Source of the DNA: Callorhinchus milii
Lineage: Eukaryota
Assembly: GCF_018977255.1 (NCBI RefSeq)
Contig: NW_024704742.1
Span: 24,740,001-24,804,000 of the forward strand
Direction: 5' to 3'
DNA: 64,000 bases
Notes under the pieces: model-generated
What the model was told of the DNA's origin: nothing
Database searches by the model: none
Seen by the model: the letters and a program-made list of their open reading frames with translations, nothing else
Shown here: in pieces, positions 53,079 through 64,000 of the stretch
How the letters are laid out: every line of letters begins with the position of its first letter
Numbering within the stretch: the stretch's first letter is position 1
Translations under genes and position numbers: made by a program

Positions 53079-53919
53079 CTGATGATTCATCAAGCTTGAA
53101 TGTATTGTCTTCATTCCCTGAGATGACAGAATATGTAACTCTTCCATTTTCACCTGCATCTGCATCCTGTGCAATAATATGATGCACACGATAACCCACT
53201 TTCTCATCTTCCATTACATATGCAACATTTGTCGACACAAATGCTGGGCTGTTATCATTCACATCCAAAACAATAATCTGAGCGATCAATGAGCATACTT
53301 TGCGTTCACTGACATCCACTGCTTGATCTGTTGCAGTTACTATTAGAACAGAAGTCTGAGCCATTTCACGATTAATTGACGTCACTGTCTTTAAGCAGCC
53401 TTGAAAGGGATCTATGTAGAATAGATTTTCTGAGGAACTTTCTAGCACAATAGAATATTGCAAATCGCTGTTTGGTCCACTTCCATCAGCATCTTTTGCA
53501 TTAAATAAGTAAACAAGGGACCCTGCAGGCAGATTTTCTTGTATTCCAACCACAATTCTATCATCTTTAAACCATGGCGAGTGATCATTTTGGTCTTCTA
53601 CTTTAATACTGACAAAAACAGTGGTATTCTTTGAAGGGATCTGACTGCTATCTTCTGCTATTATCTTCAACAAATAATGAGTTATTGTTTCATAGTCCAG
53701 CTCTTGGGTTAGGTACAATTCCCCAGACATACTGTCAATTCCAAACTGAAAGTGATCATCACCTTCAACAATAGTGAAATGTACTTTCTGTCTGGCCAAC
53801 ATGTGGTGGTCATGTGAACTGATAGGACCCAAAATATTCCCAGGCTTTAAACCTTCTGGCACGACAAAATACCTGAGGTTATCTCTGTTGTTCAGTTTTT
53901 CTACAAGTCTGGGGATAAC
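53079..53919 (-). CDS. dchs2: dchs2 coding exon
   Basis: tttcag|GTT ATC ... TCA G|gtact; LDYE, DQNDHSP, DVNDNSP motifs. Confidence 0.93.
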
Positions 53920-54184
53920 CTGAAAAAAATCATGCAATTCGTAAGCTTATTTATTTTTTGCACAGAATTACTCACTTATTTATGGAAACAATGACAAATA
54001 TTACATGATCATCGGTACTCAACAGAAGAGAATACAAAAGTAAATTGATTTTGAAAATATATTCTGTAATCGTCAAGCCAGTTCCAGAGTGCACCAAGTT
54101 TAAAACAACAGGGAGCTGAAATATATCCTTTATCTATAACCAATAATATATTGCATAATATGTTACTATTGTGAATGCATGTAC

Positions 54185-54342
54185 CTGGATAGTAATTACT
54201 GCTGTCTGCTGAAGTGGTGAATATCCTGCATCACTCGCCACCACAGTTATTTTATAATGCGATACTTGACTGTACATTAGAACCTTGGACGTTCTCAGTT
54301 CTCCAGTTTGGGCATCAATTTTGAAGCTGTTTGAAATGTCTT
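54185..54342 (-). CDS. dchs2: dchs2 coding exon (absent from ORF track)
   Basis: ccacag|AA GAC ... ATC CAG|gtaca; DISNSFKIDAQTGELRTSKVLMYSQVSHYKITVVASDAGYSPLQQTAVITIQ. Confidence 0.9.
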
Positions 54343-54364
54343 CTGTGGAGAATTAACATATTAA

Positions 54365-54630
54365 TCCCTCGTGCCCTCCACTTCACCATCGGTGGCCGTG
54401 CCTTCAGCCACTACGCCCCGAAGCTCTGGAACTCTCTCCCTCAAACCCTTCGCCTTGACTCTCCCTCCCCATCTTCAAATCCCACCTAAAGACCTTCCTT
54501 TTTGATCATGCTTATGGTCACCTCCACCCTCCCTCTCCCCCTGGCTCGTTGTCAGACTCCGCCATTGCGAAGCACTTGGGTCGCTACCCACAATGAAGGG
54601 CGCTATATAAATCCAAGTTGTTGTTGTTAT
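54365..54630 (+). mobile_element. L2 LINE 3' fragment next to a dchs2 splice acceptor
   Basis: gccttcagccac...ctctggaactct...ttcaaatcccacctaaagacc; tail gcgctatataaatccaagttgttgttg. Confidence 0.82.
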
Positions 54631-55394
54631 TAAATAAGAATTTTCTTTTTCATTCTCTCTCGCTACAGTTTTTCCAAGTCTTCTTCCTCCATTTCACTTT
54701 CAAATGGTTTCAGCTGGGAAGGGAGAGCTATTCATTGCGCATGTCGGAAGGACATCTCAAAGTGCTTAACACTGCTGGCTGGGCATGCGAACTGGGGGAG
54801 GAGGCAGAAGGGGGTAGGGAGGGGAAAAGATGTCCAAAAACAGAGTAAATTTCACTTCTTGAGATAGACCTTGAACGAGACGAGGAAGATAGCAGGTCAG
54901 AGAGCTGGGGAGGCTGGCAAGCGCAGTGTTGGCTTAGCCAGGCCTGGACATGATAAACGTGTGGATGAGGCTCTAGCTCGCTCGAGGGGAGAGGTAGTGG
55001 CGGAGGAAGATAATGTAACAGAGGTGAGGGAAAGCTGAGTGTGTAAGAACTTAGATGTGGAGATTGAAGGGCAGTTTGGAGTCAAACAACACACTGCTCC
55101 CAAATCAGCAAATAAATCAGAGAAGCTTTTAAAGTATTAGCACTTTTCCTATCCCACAAGTAAAAAGACTACCAGTTTAAGCTGGTTTAGCATTTTGACA
55201 ATGAGCTAATCAGATTTTTTTCCACTGTTTTATTCAATATTTCACTATTATATGTAGAAGAAACAACTCTACTAATTGTCATACCATGAACAAAACAATC
55301 TTAAACATAGGATTTTAAAAATATATATTTGCTACATTTCCAAACAGCAAAACAATAATTTAAGAATATGAGAACTCTCCTCATATTAACAAAC

Positions 55395-55491
55395 CTGAAA
55401 TAGAATAAATAACTGTGCCATTTTCACCAGCATCTGGGTCCTTGGCAAATAAAGTGGTTAGAAATGTACCTTCAGGTTGTGCTTCCAAAAC
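55395..55491 (-). CDS. dchs2: dchs2 coding exon (absent from ORF track)
   Basis: ggcag|GTT ... TCA G|gtttg; VLEAQPEGTFLTTLFAKDPDAGENGTVIYSIS. Confidence 0.9.
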
Positions 55492-57102
55492 CTGCCATTT
55501 CAAATATGTACAGTATAAGTAAAAATATATAATAAATTAAACAAGACATAAGAAGTGCACATACAGCACTTTAGCTATTATAAACATGAAGTTATACACT
55601 ACTTATGAATGTACTGTACTTAATGTATCTTGTAAGCACTAATAACCCTAACAAATTACTTACAGTAATAATACTTACTAGATTCATCCAATGTATATCT
55701 GTAATAGAACAATTCTCTTGAACATCTCAGATTTCAGCAACATGTTCAAATTAGACTACAATCTTGATGGTCAGACACCTAAAATTATGTTTTCACCATT
55801 TAGAAATGGACAGTTGATCCTTATATGCAGAATGTACAGACAGATTATTCTCAAGACTAGGAAAGGGAGAGATTCTGTTTGGAAAATTGTATGATTGCTA
55901 CTAAGAAATTTTCAAAATGTCATTTTGTCTACATGTGATTGTGAAATACTGTTTAATGGAATATTTAGAAGAGGGGATAAATATTTTGCTCGTGTTTGAA
56001 CTAAAAATTTTAAACAAATTTAATCAAATGAAAAGACTACAGAAATTCTCCTTACCTGAAAAGAATTAAAATCACGACATGTATTCGAAAGATTCTGGTA
56101 TGGTAAGGGCATAAATATTGGCTTCAAGGAGAAAAAAAGAGGTATTCTCATGCCTATGTGATTCATTTAGTGTGTGAAGGGTCCTGTGAAGGACCCAGAT
56201 TCAACCCCCCATTTGTTGTGAGTAAGTCCTCTCAGTTGGTTTTGTACCCCGTCATTGTAAAGCACCCCAAGACATTATCCCAAGTGAAGACTGCTATATA
56301 AATATTGTATTTATACAACACTGTTAAGGGCTCTGAGACTCTATGCTGCGTAGTGGACGCCATATAAGTGCAAGTTGTTTTTGTACTAAATTTGCTATAA
56401 TTACAGAGTGGAAAATCGGTCAGGGTTCCTGGTTCTGAACCAGTGACCATGCTACAGGTGAGTGTGTGTGGATGGATCAAGCTTGTTTACAATTTACTTT
56501 AGTTGAACAGCCTGCCAACACTCACTGCCAAGGCTTTTACTTTTGGGATGACCTGAGTCTGTGGAGCAGTCGCTCCAGTAGACACAGGAATCAAATGTCG
56601 TTAAGAGAAGGAATGGGTGAAATCAGCAACTGGAAAAAAAATGAAAATGGAAAAGAAAACTATAACAAATACGTATATATAAAGGATAGAAACCAGAAAG
56701 GAAGTCTTTTTTAGGTTACTACATATGGTGAGAAGGAAATTGATTTGAATAATAGAATTTAGAAAAAATTTGAAAGGAGACAAACAATAAAGATGTTATA
56801 ATATTTTTGAAGAAAAAAAAATTAAGGCTTGTAAAACCAAATTCCTCCCCAATGTTCAAAGGTGTAAAGAAACTGTCCCTTGTAGCTGTAAAGGAACAAG
56901 CGAAACCTGCAGCTCCAAAGTTATTCATTGTGCACTGGGAAGGAAATTAACACTTTAAATTCACACTTATACCAAAGCAAAAATTACCTATGGCATGATT
57001 TAAGAAATATTTGTTATTGGTTTACAAAACCTTTATAGACGCTGTGTGCTTGCATGAGACTAACCAAATTGCATTTTCCCCTTTTATGCTATAATAATAC
57101 AC

Positions 57103-57120
57103 TGCCACAAGGTGGCGATA
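57103..57120 (+). promoter_or_regulatory. Candidate CTCF site in dchs2 intron
   Basis: tgCCACAAGGTGGCGat closely fits the CCASYAGRKGGCR core. Confidence 0.45.
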
Positions 57121-58271
57121 GAGGTATTTTGGTAACCTGCAACTAATGCATTTGTTTACACAATGTTGACCTGAAATACAATTTTGCTACAATAAGAAAT
57201 AATTATTGTTGCAGTAAAAACTCTAAACACATCAATCTATCTGTAAAAATTGAAAGCTTACCATCGTGAGGAATCTATTAAAACAAACCATTTAAGAGTA
57301 AATTCTTGTGAAAGGCGCTATATCAAATGCAAGGATTATTATTGTTATTATTATATCTTCTTGCTGATTGAGGGCTTGTAAATGAGCAAACCTGTGCTGA
57401 ACATATTGTTTTTTTTCCAGCAACAATTTCATCCTAACATATTGCTGATTTGTAAAATATGTATTTGTAAATTGTTCACCAAAAGGAAAGCAAAAAGACG
57501 GAAAAAGTATGGATTAAAAATGCTACCTTGCCAGAGTCGACATCTTCCTAAATGCCTGTGCACCATACTGTCAGGTATTAGATTAATATTATTTTACATT
57601 CAGAAAATGATCAAGAATGAAACTTTAAAGTACAAATAAAACTAACATTGTATTTTGCATGTTATAAACTGAAGAGTATTGAATTTATTTATTTTGTGGA
57701 TACAATTACTGTTAGGTAAGAAAAATCTGAAGGTTCAGTTTAATGTACTCTTTCCTCGATGGCAGAAATATATAAATTCATAACAGTTTCCCTTTTGTAA
57801 AAAATACTTGCTGTTGCCAATGATTTTAATGGCAGTTAGAACTTTGAAACAGTCCAAATCCCAAATCCAGAACCACAAAAGCCTAGGAAAACAGGAATTC
57901 CCAGCTGGTATTGTGATTTTCCCAGGGCCAGATGACTCCAGATTGTCCCGCAGGACACAAAGCTCTACTCCTGCTTTACTCTACTCTACTCTATTTACTC
58001 TATTATTTATTTACTCTAAATATATTATTTATAAATAAAATTATTTATAAATAAATAATCTATTATTTATTTACTCTACTCAATGGAACTGCTTCAAGAT
58101 GCACATGATCCTCCCTGTAACATTGAGCACTAAGAATGGATAAATGTGAATTTCTCGTTGATACTTCTTTTTGTTCCTCTATAAGGAGTAGCATTTTGCA
58201 CAGAAAGTACTCTTGACACTGTTTTTTCATTCAGTGCAAAATATAAAAATGAAACACAGAAGAGCACATAC

Positions 58272-58459
58272 CTTAACAGTTATCTCACTCTCACTTTCTG
58301 GATAAGAAAACAGTGGCGGATTATCATTAATGTCAGTGACTGTGATGTAAACAGTTGTAGAGGCATTGCGCTGTGGCACACCATGGTCTCTAACCAGTAT
58401 TGACATCTGATGTTGTGTTTGCTGTTCACGGTCTAAAGCAATCCAGTTAATAATCTCAC
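58272..58459 (-). CDS. dchs2: dchs2 coding exon (absent from ORF track)
   Basis: ttccag|GT GAG ... GTT AAG|gtatg; EIINWIALDREQQTQHQMSILVRDHGVPQRNASTTVYITVTDINDNPPLF. Confidence 0.92.
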
Positions 58460-58804
58460 CTGGAAAACATATTCAACACAGGAATTATAATATTTTAATT
58501 GAAGTCTGCCAACATGTCAAGTCATTTTTTCTATATTCAAAGCTCATTACCAATTGTATAAACTAACCATTAATGAAGAAATCTATCTGTTTCTCTATCA
58601 TCTTTGTGACGTCCTCCTGATGTGAAAGTGCTTTAAAAATGTAAATTGTACTGCACTTCCTTTTAAAAAGCTTACTAGACACAAAGCCAGCTTGGGGTGG
58701 AGAATGGGTGTCATTGACCATTGGACACAGAGCCAAAGGGAGATGGGAGATCTCACAGAACATCAAGAGTAAAGCAGGAGGCCATTCACCATTAGGACCA
58801 ATCC

Positions 58805-59080
58805 AACAAATAAAATTGGTCACTTCACAGTTGTACGTAGGACAATTGGCTGCCACATTTGCCCGTTCGCCCACAAATATACAGTCAATTCACTTTACAG
58901 TGTGTTCTGTGAAGCGCTTTGGGACGTCCTCCCGACGTGAAAAGCGCTACATCAAATGCAAGGATTATTATTATTATTATAAAACATAGTCACGATATTT
59001 TACAGTATATTCTGTAAAGCGCTTTGAGACATCTTGCCAACATGATAAGGCATATCAAATTGCAAGGATTATTATTATTC
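58805..59080 (+). mobile_element. Partial SINE followed by a second tail copy
   Basis: Body and tail nearly identical to 13370-13482; tail repeated at 58995-59080. Confidence 0.82.
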
Positions 59081-59932
59081 TTAGAATGAACTGAATCGGC
59101 AATAGCCCTGTGCAAGAAGAACAACGATCACCAACTCATTCCCCTCAATGTGAGCTGATGCTTTCTGGATTGTGCAAACTAAAACGACCCTTTTATACAA
59201 AACCAGCTGTACCCTTTGCAGCTTCACTTGCAACCAAAGGATCCAATATGGACTGTAGAGTGACCTTGAAAGGTTTGATTTTTCACTTAGGCATCTTGAT
59301 GATAATATAAATGTATAATTTATAATCACTGGCACATCCTCCCGACGTGAAAGGCGCTTTAAAAATGTATTTTTGTTGTTGTTGTTGCCGCGGCTTAGCT
59401 TCGTCTGTGTTCTTTATTTTGTTCCCGCCGCCGCTTGGCTCCGTGCATGCTCTGTGACGCATGATGCCACAGCGCCACGGTCAGCTGACGTGGCCAAGTG
59501 GTGTAACTGCACAATGCCACAGCGCCAAGTTGACTCGGCGACCACCAGGTGTAACTGCAGCAAAAAACGCAAAACTGGAATACATTTTAGGTCAGAACTT
59601 ATGAACAATAAGAGATGCCAAAAAAAAAATGCCCATGTCACTCCCAGGACAAGACCTTTCTAATGAGGTATAAATCATGATTTTATGATCTTAATGATTT
59701 ATTTGTATGTTCAGAATTGTTTTTGTTGTTGAAGAAAATAATTGGCAAATCAACATTACACCAAATTGGTTGCTCAATATCACTATGATCTCAGCTTAGA
59801 ACTCTGGTGGTGGCTATCACACAATAAAAAAAATGTGTTTGATCCAACAGTCAGAAGCATGACCTTTAATAAATCTAAACATTCTTTCACATCCTAGGTT
59901 TGCTTAATATAATCCATAACTTTTCTTTTTAC

Positions 59933-60937
59933 CTGTTTTTGAGTTCAGTCTGAAGTATTTTCCATCAGATAATAAAATATATGCTATCTCTGAATTTTTC
60001 CCTGAATCTTGATCTGTTGCTTTTACTTTTCCAATCAATCCGTGAGGAACTTGGCTTTCTTCAATTGTGAAAAAATACAAATCTTGTGTAAATTTGGGAG
60101 GGCTATCATTTTCATCTGTTACACTAACAGTCACAGTGGTGGTAGCACTCAATCTTAATTGATCTGCTGGATTTATAGCAAACACTTTAAAGGTATAGCT
60201 AAGTGTGGACTCATAGTCCAGACTGCGACGAGTATAAATCCAGCCAGTGTCAGCATGGATGTCAAATATCACTGAATCCAAAGTTGGTTGAAGAGAGTAA
60301 ACTATGACTGAGTCTGTCAGGAGATCTTGACTATAGGCACAGACTTGCACAATTCTAGTGTCTGGTGGTGCAGCTTCACTGATTTCAACTTGATAAACCA
60401 GTGTTTCAAAAATCAAAATATCATCCAAGTGATCAACAATGACTGATAACATGAACATGGCACTCAATGAACGAGTTCCCTCGTCACTAGCAAAAATATT
60501 TAAACTGTATTTGTGTTGCTTTTCTGAGGAAAGGCTCCTGTTGAGAAATATGGTTCCATGTTTGGGATCAATGGAAAACATTTGTTCATAGTCATTCTGT
60601 ATACTGTACATGACTATTCCGTTGGACCCACTGTCTTTGTCTTCTGCATGTGCAATAAAGATAACTGTCCCAGGTAAGGTGTTCTTTGAAATGGTGATTG
60701 TTTCATATTCTTTGTGAAATACTGGTGTGTTATCATTGACATCTGTAATCGTTATGTTGACTTGAGTGCTGCTGTAGACCGGGGAGCTGTTCATCTGAGA
60801 TTGAACAGTAAGCACCACAGAAGGTTGGGCTTCATGGTCTAACTGCCTACTGGTTTTGATGAGACCAGATCTAGGCTCGATGGAAAAATAACCATATGGA
60901 TCACCAGAGGAAATTCGAAATATGTTTTCTGGAGAAT
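59933..60937 (-). CDS. dchs2: dchs2 coding exon (about three cadherin repeats)
   Basis: ttgcag|AT TCT ... ACA G|gtaaa; LDHE, DVNDNTP, LDYE, DENDSPP motifs in ORF 59904-60959. Confidence 0.93.
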
Positions 60938-62255
60938 CTGCAAAGAAAAAACTAGACAATTATTTGTGAGTAACAATTCAATAGTAAATAGAAAGGAAAG
61001 AAAAATACAAAAAATACACCAACCTTCTGCGGTGCTAACTGAAACAGTTTTGATCAGAACGATCACAAATAATTGCACTAAGGTGTATTATATAGGGCTG
61101 GAAGCAACAATAAAACAATGCTGGTCCAGTTGGAAAATGCACCACTTGGTGTGGAAATGAACCAGAGATGTTAATATTAATTCCTGTACAGTATATCCCC
61201 AGTACATACCGTCTTAACACATGTGCTAGCAAGCACATAATACACTTGTGTTGCCATGTGGTTAAAACTTAAAGACTACAAATAATGCTTTACTTAACAG
61301 AGCAAAAATGATTGCAAAGAATATAGAGGAAACAGGCCACTCAACCTAATCTTTCCCTGCCATTGTTTATACTCCACGTGAGTCAAAACAGGCTTCTATC
61401 TCTGTTTTACAGTTAATATATTACCATATATTGTATCTCATTATAAACATGAAATATGACATTTTAGAAGGAAACATAATTTCTAACATTCAGAAATTTC
61501 AACCCCAATTTAAAAACATTTTGACTCATTTTGATAGTTACAAAATCAATTCAAAGGGTTAAAATCATAAGGCTGCAGAATATCTATTATTTTGATAATG
61601 TACCAATGAAAACATGTAAAATGTAACAATAATACTCACAGAATACAACCACACTGAAACAGTGTCAGTGTATTCTTTGTTCTTTAATATATGAAAACAA
61701 CTTATTATTGTGCGGTCACGAAAGAACAATAACACAAAAAGTCACTGGGCTACTGCCAAATGTGAAGTGCACGGCAAAAACAGAAAATAGCAAATCTTTT
61801 ATTTGTTACCTCAATTGAATAAAAAAGTTATTGATTAAAAAAACCTGCATCCCGACATTTTCCGATCAGCAAGTGAGTAATGCTGCCCTATCAGCGCGTT
61901 GGACGTCCTCCCGACGTGAAAGATGTCTATAAATTTCATTTTGTTGTTGTCGTTGTTGTTGCTATCAACTTGTCCTGCATAGTCATACGTAACGGAAAAT
62001 ATTCCATCAACACTCAGTGGCCCTTTTTCTTACTACCCTATGAAGAATTAACATCAAAAGTAAGAAATCTACTGTGTGAAGCTAAATTCTTACAAATTGG
62101 CGTGATGTACATTGAGTTCTTTGCAAGAGACACAGTTTAGGAGCCCAAGAACTTTGAGGTGCAAATTATGTTGACGTTTTCTCACCAAGTGCTTTTCAAC
62201 CCCATGATCTGGATTAATTGTCTGCTAAACACTAGTTGTGTTATGCAAAACTCAC

Positions 62256-62492
62256 CTGATTCACTTGTAGTTTGTACTATACCAACTGAACTATGTATTG
62301 GGATATCTTCCGCAACAACAAAGAAATAATGAGAACTCTTAAACTTTGTGGGAGGAAGAACGCTCTCGAGAATGTACACAGTCACAGTTGCATTGATTGG
62401 TGAGATCAGGCCCCCACCATCTTGGGCAGAAACCATCAACAGCAAACTGGAAACTTGCACATGACAGAGGTCTGAAGTTAAATATACTGCAC
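62256..62492 (-). CDS. dchs2: dchs2 coding exon
   Basis: ttttag|GT GCA ... TCA G|gtgag; SAQDGGG cadherin strand; phase 1 to 1. Confidence 0.9.
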
Positions 62493-63219
62493 CTAAAAAA
62501 CAAAAATAGATATAACCTAAAAAGTACTGCTTACATTTTTATCAAATAAGGTTTAAATGGACTGTTAAACAGACATTTTATTGAATCAACAAAAGTTCAA
62601 GAATAGAACTTAAATGTTCTCCTGAAGTTAACACAAGAGTAATTCAACCCAAGTGTACAGCTAACTCAGCAAATACCAAAATTTAAACCTTCCAGTTTGA
62701 ATGACAGTGCCTTTATTTACTAGATCATTTGGATCCAAATTCAAAGTGTACCATAATGTAGGATTTGACAGGACTTAGACCAGACACTATGCAGACAGTA
62801 AAAGATCCTCTGTCAATTGTCTAAAGTACTAATCTGAAACAGATTACCTCAGAGAAAGTAGGTCAGTGCTGCATTTATAGATTTAAGACAAAGTAGTCTT
62901 GTACAGACTGTATATGATTAACCTTTTGGCATCAAATTCAGACCAACACTGACAAGGCTTTATTTACTTTACACAAATTACAATAGGAAATAAAGCAAAG
63001 CTTTATTTTCTAAAGATTTTTCTTTCATGAAAGTGCCTGGGTGGGCTGTGTTGGTTAAGTGGAGCATGAGAGTCTAGAGCTTTCGTTTAGAAGCAATTTT
63101 GAATTCAGGTTGAAATACTCAAGGTGACTCACCTATATTTTATTGGTTAAAAAGCACTAAGCCATACAGATCAAGTCATGGTTCTATAAATAACAGGAAC
63201 AAATAAACTGTTGTTATAC

Positions 63220-63451
63220 CTGCAGAAGGATCTACAAAGAAGAAAGAAGAGAAATTTCCAGGTACAAGTTCATATGACACTTGTCCATTTATACCAGAAT
63301 CTCTGTCATAAGCGATCACATTTATAATCTCTGTTCCAGGCGGTGTGTGTTTGCTGATACTGGTTATGTATGTCAATGGATTGAATACAGGCTTGTTATC
63401 GTTGATATCTTGTACCTCTATGTGGATAAAAGCTTGAGCACTCAACCCACC
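63220..63451 (-). CDS. dchs2: Dachsous cadherin-related 2, first exon visible in window (gene continues 5' beyond 64000)
   Basis: ctacag|GGT ... GCAG|gtata; GGLSAQAFIHIEVQDINDNKPVF...AYDRDSG cadherin motifs; phase 0 to 1. Confidence 0.9.
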
Positions 63452-63574
63452 CTGTAGAAAAACAGGGAGAATAACAATACTATTAGTGCAGTGATACAAA
63501 CAGCAACAGTAAACAAACAACTTGCCAGCACAGAACATAGTTTAGTTTCAATATAATTGTACAGCTCGGACTTA

Positions 63575-63790
63575 ATAATAATAATAATTGTTGCATTTGA
63601 TGTAGCACTTTTCAAAACCTCTAAACGTCTCAAAGAGCTTCACAGGATATACTGTAAAGTGAATTGACTATATTTGTGGGCGAAATGCAGCAGCCAATTG
63701 CGCACAGTAGTGTCCCACAAACAGTCGTGGATTGAAATGACTTATTTTATTATTGTTTTATTTTATTGAGGGATTACTATCAGCCGTGTG
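63575..63790 (-). mobile_element. Partial SINE, same family
   Basis: (AAT)n, gcatttgatgtagc, gtcccacaaacagtcgtggattga. Confidence 0.82.
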
Positions 63791-63884
63791 GACTTCTCTA
63801 CTTGTTAGGACTCTGACTTGCAGGGTTCAAGTGCCACTGATTAGACAGACAATCTTGGTCAACCATCAACAGTGCTTTTGATTA

Positions 63885-64000
63885 GATCACAAGATGATTT
63901 AGATGAAGAAGGCCCTTCAGTCCATCCAATCTCTTCCCTCCAGAAAACCCGCCCTACCATCCCCCATCATGTCAAGCTGCTTTTTAAGTGAATCCAGTGT
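63885..64000 (-). mobile_element. CR1-type 3' tail fragment running off the window edge
   Basis: gaaggcccttcagtccatc resembles the tail at 7550-7572. Confidence 0.45.

Noticed and set aside
39524..63451. DCHS1, FAT or clustered protocadherin identity
   Set aside because: No EGF or laminin-G domains before the TM helix, many-exon ectodomain, and a DCHS2-type C-terminus
1..64000. CRISPR array, operons or other prokaryotic systems
   Set aside because: Spliced vertebrate gene and vertebrate retroposons; no regularly spaced repeat-spacer array seen

Overview
AT-rich vertebrate genomic DNA, probably a cartilaginous fish (inferred from the repeat types: CR1 with an elasmobranch-style tail, L2, Deu-domain SINEs). 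The right 40% (39524-63451, minus strand) holds the last 18 coding exons of dachsous cadherin-related 2 (dchs2). All junctions are GT-AG and phase-compatible and splice to 2622 codons plus stop; the 5' part of the gene lies beyond the window. The rest is repeat-rich: tRNA-headed SINEs with L2-type tails, L2 and CR1 fragments, MITE-like inverted-repeat elements and an unclassified old repeat family. Less obvious signals: (1) three fold-back insertions with 13-16 bp target-site duplications carrying hammerhead-ribozyme cores like those of Penelope-like retroelements, one core intact at 35612-35648; (2) a CpG-rich promoter-like segment at about 35.0-35.2 kb followed by minus-strand, splice-flanked, coding-like segments with in-frame stops down to about 21.9 kb, possibly a decayed multi-exon gene with Sfi1-like Trp repeats; (3) a decayed 28S rRNA fragment. 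Exon limits were read by hand; repeat limits are approximate and family names come from motif recognition, not database searches.
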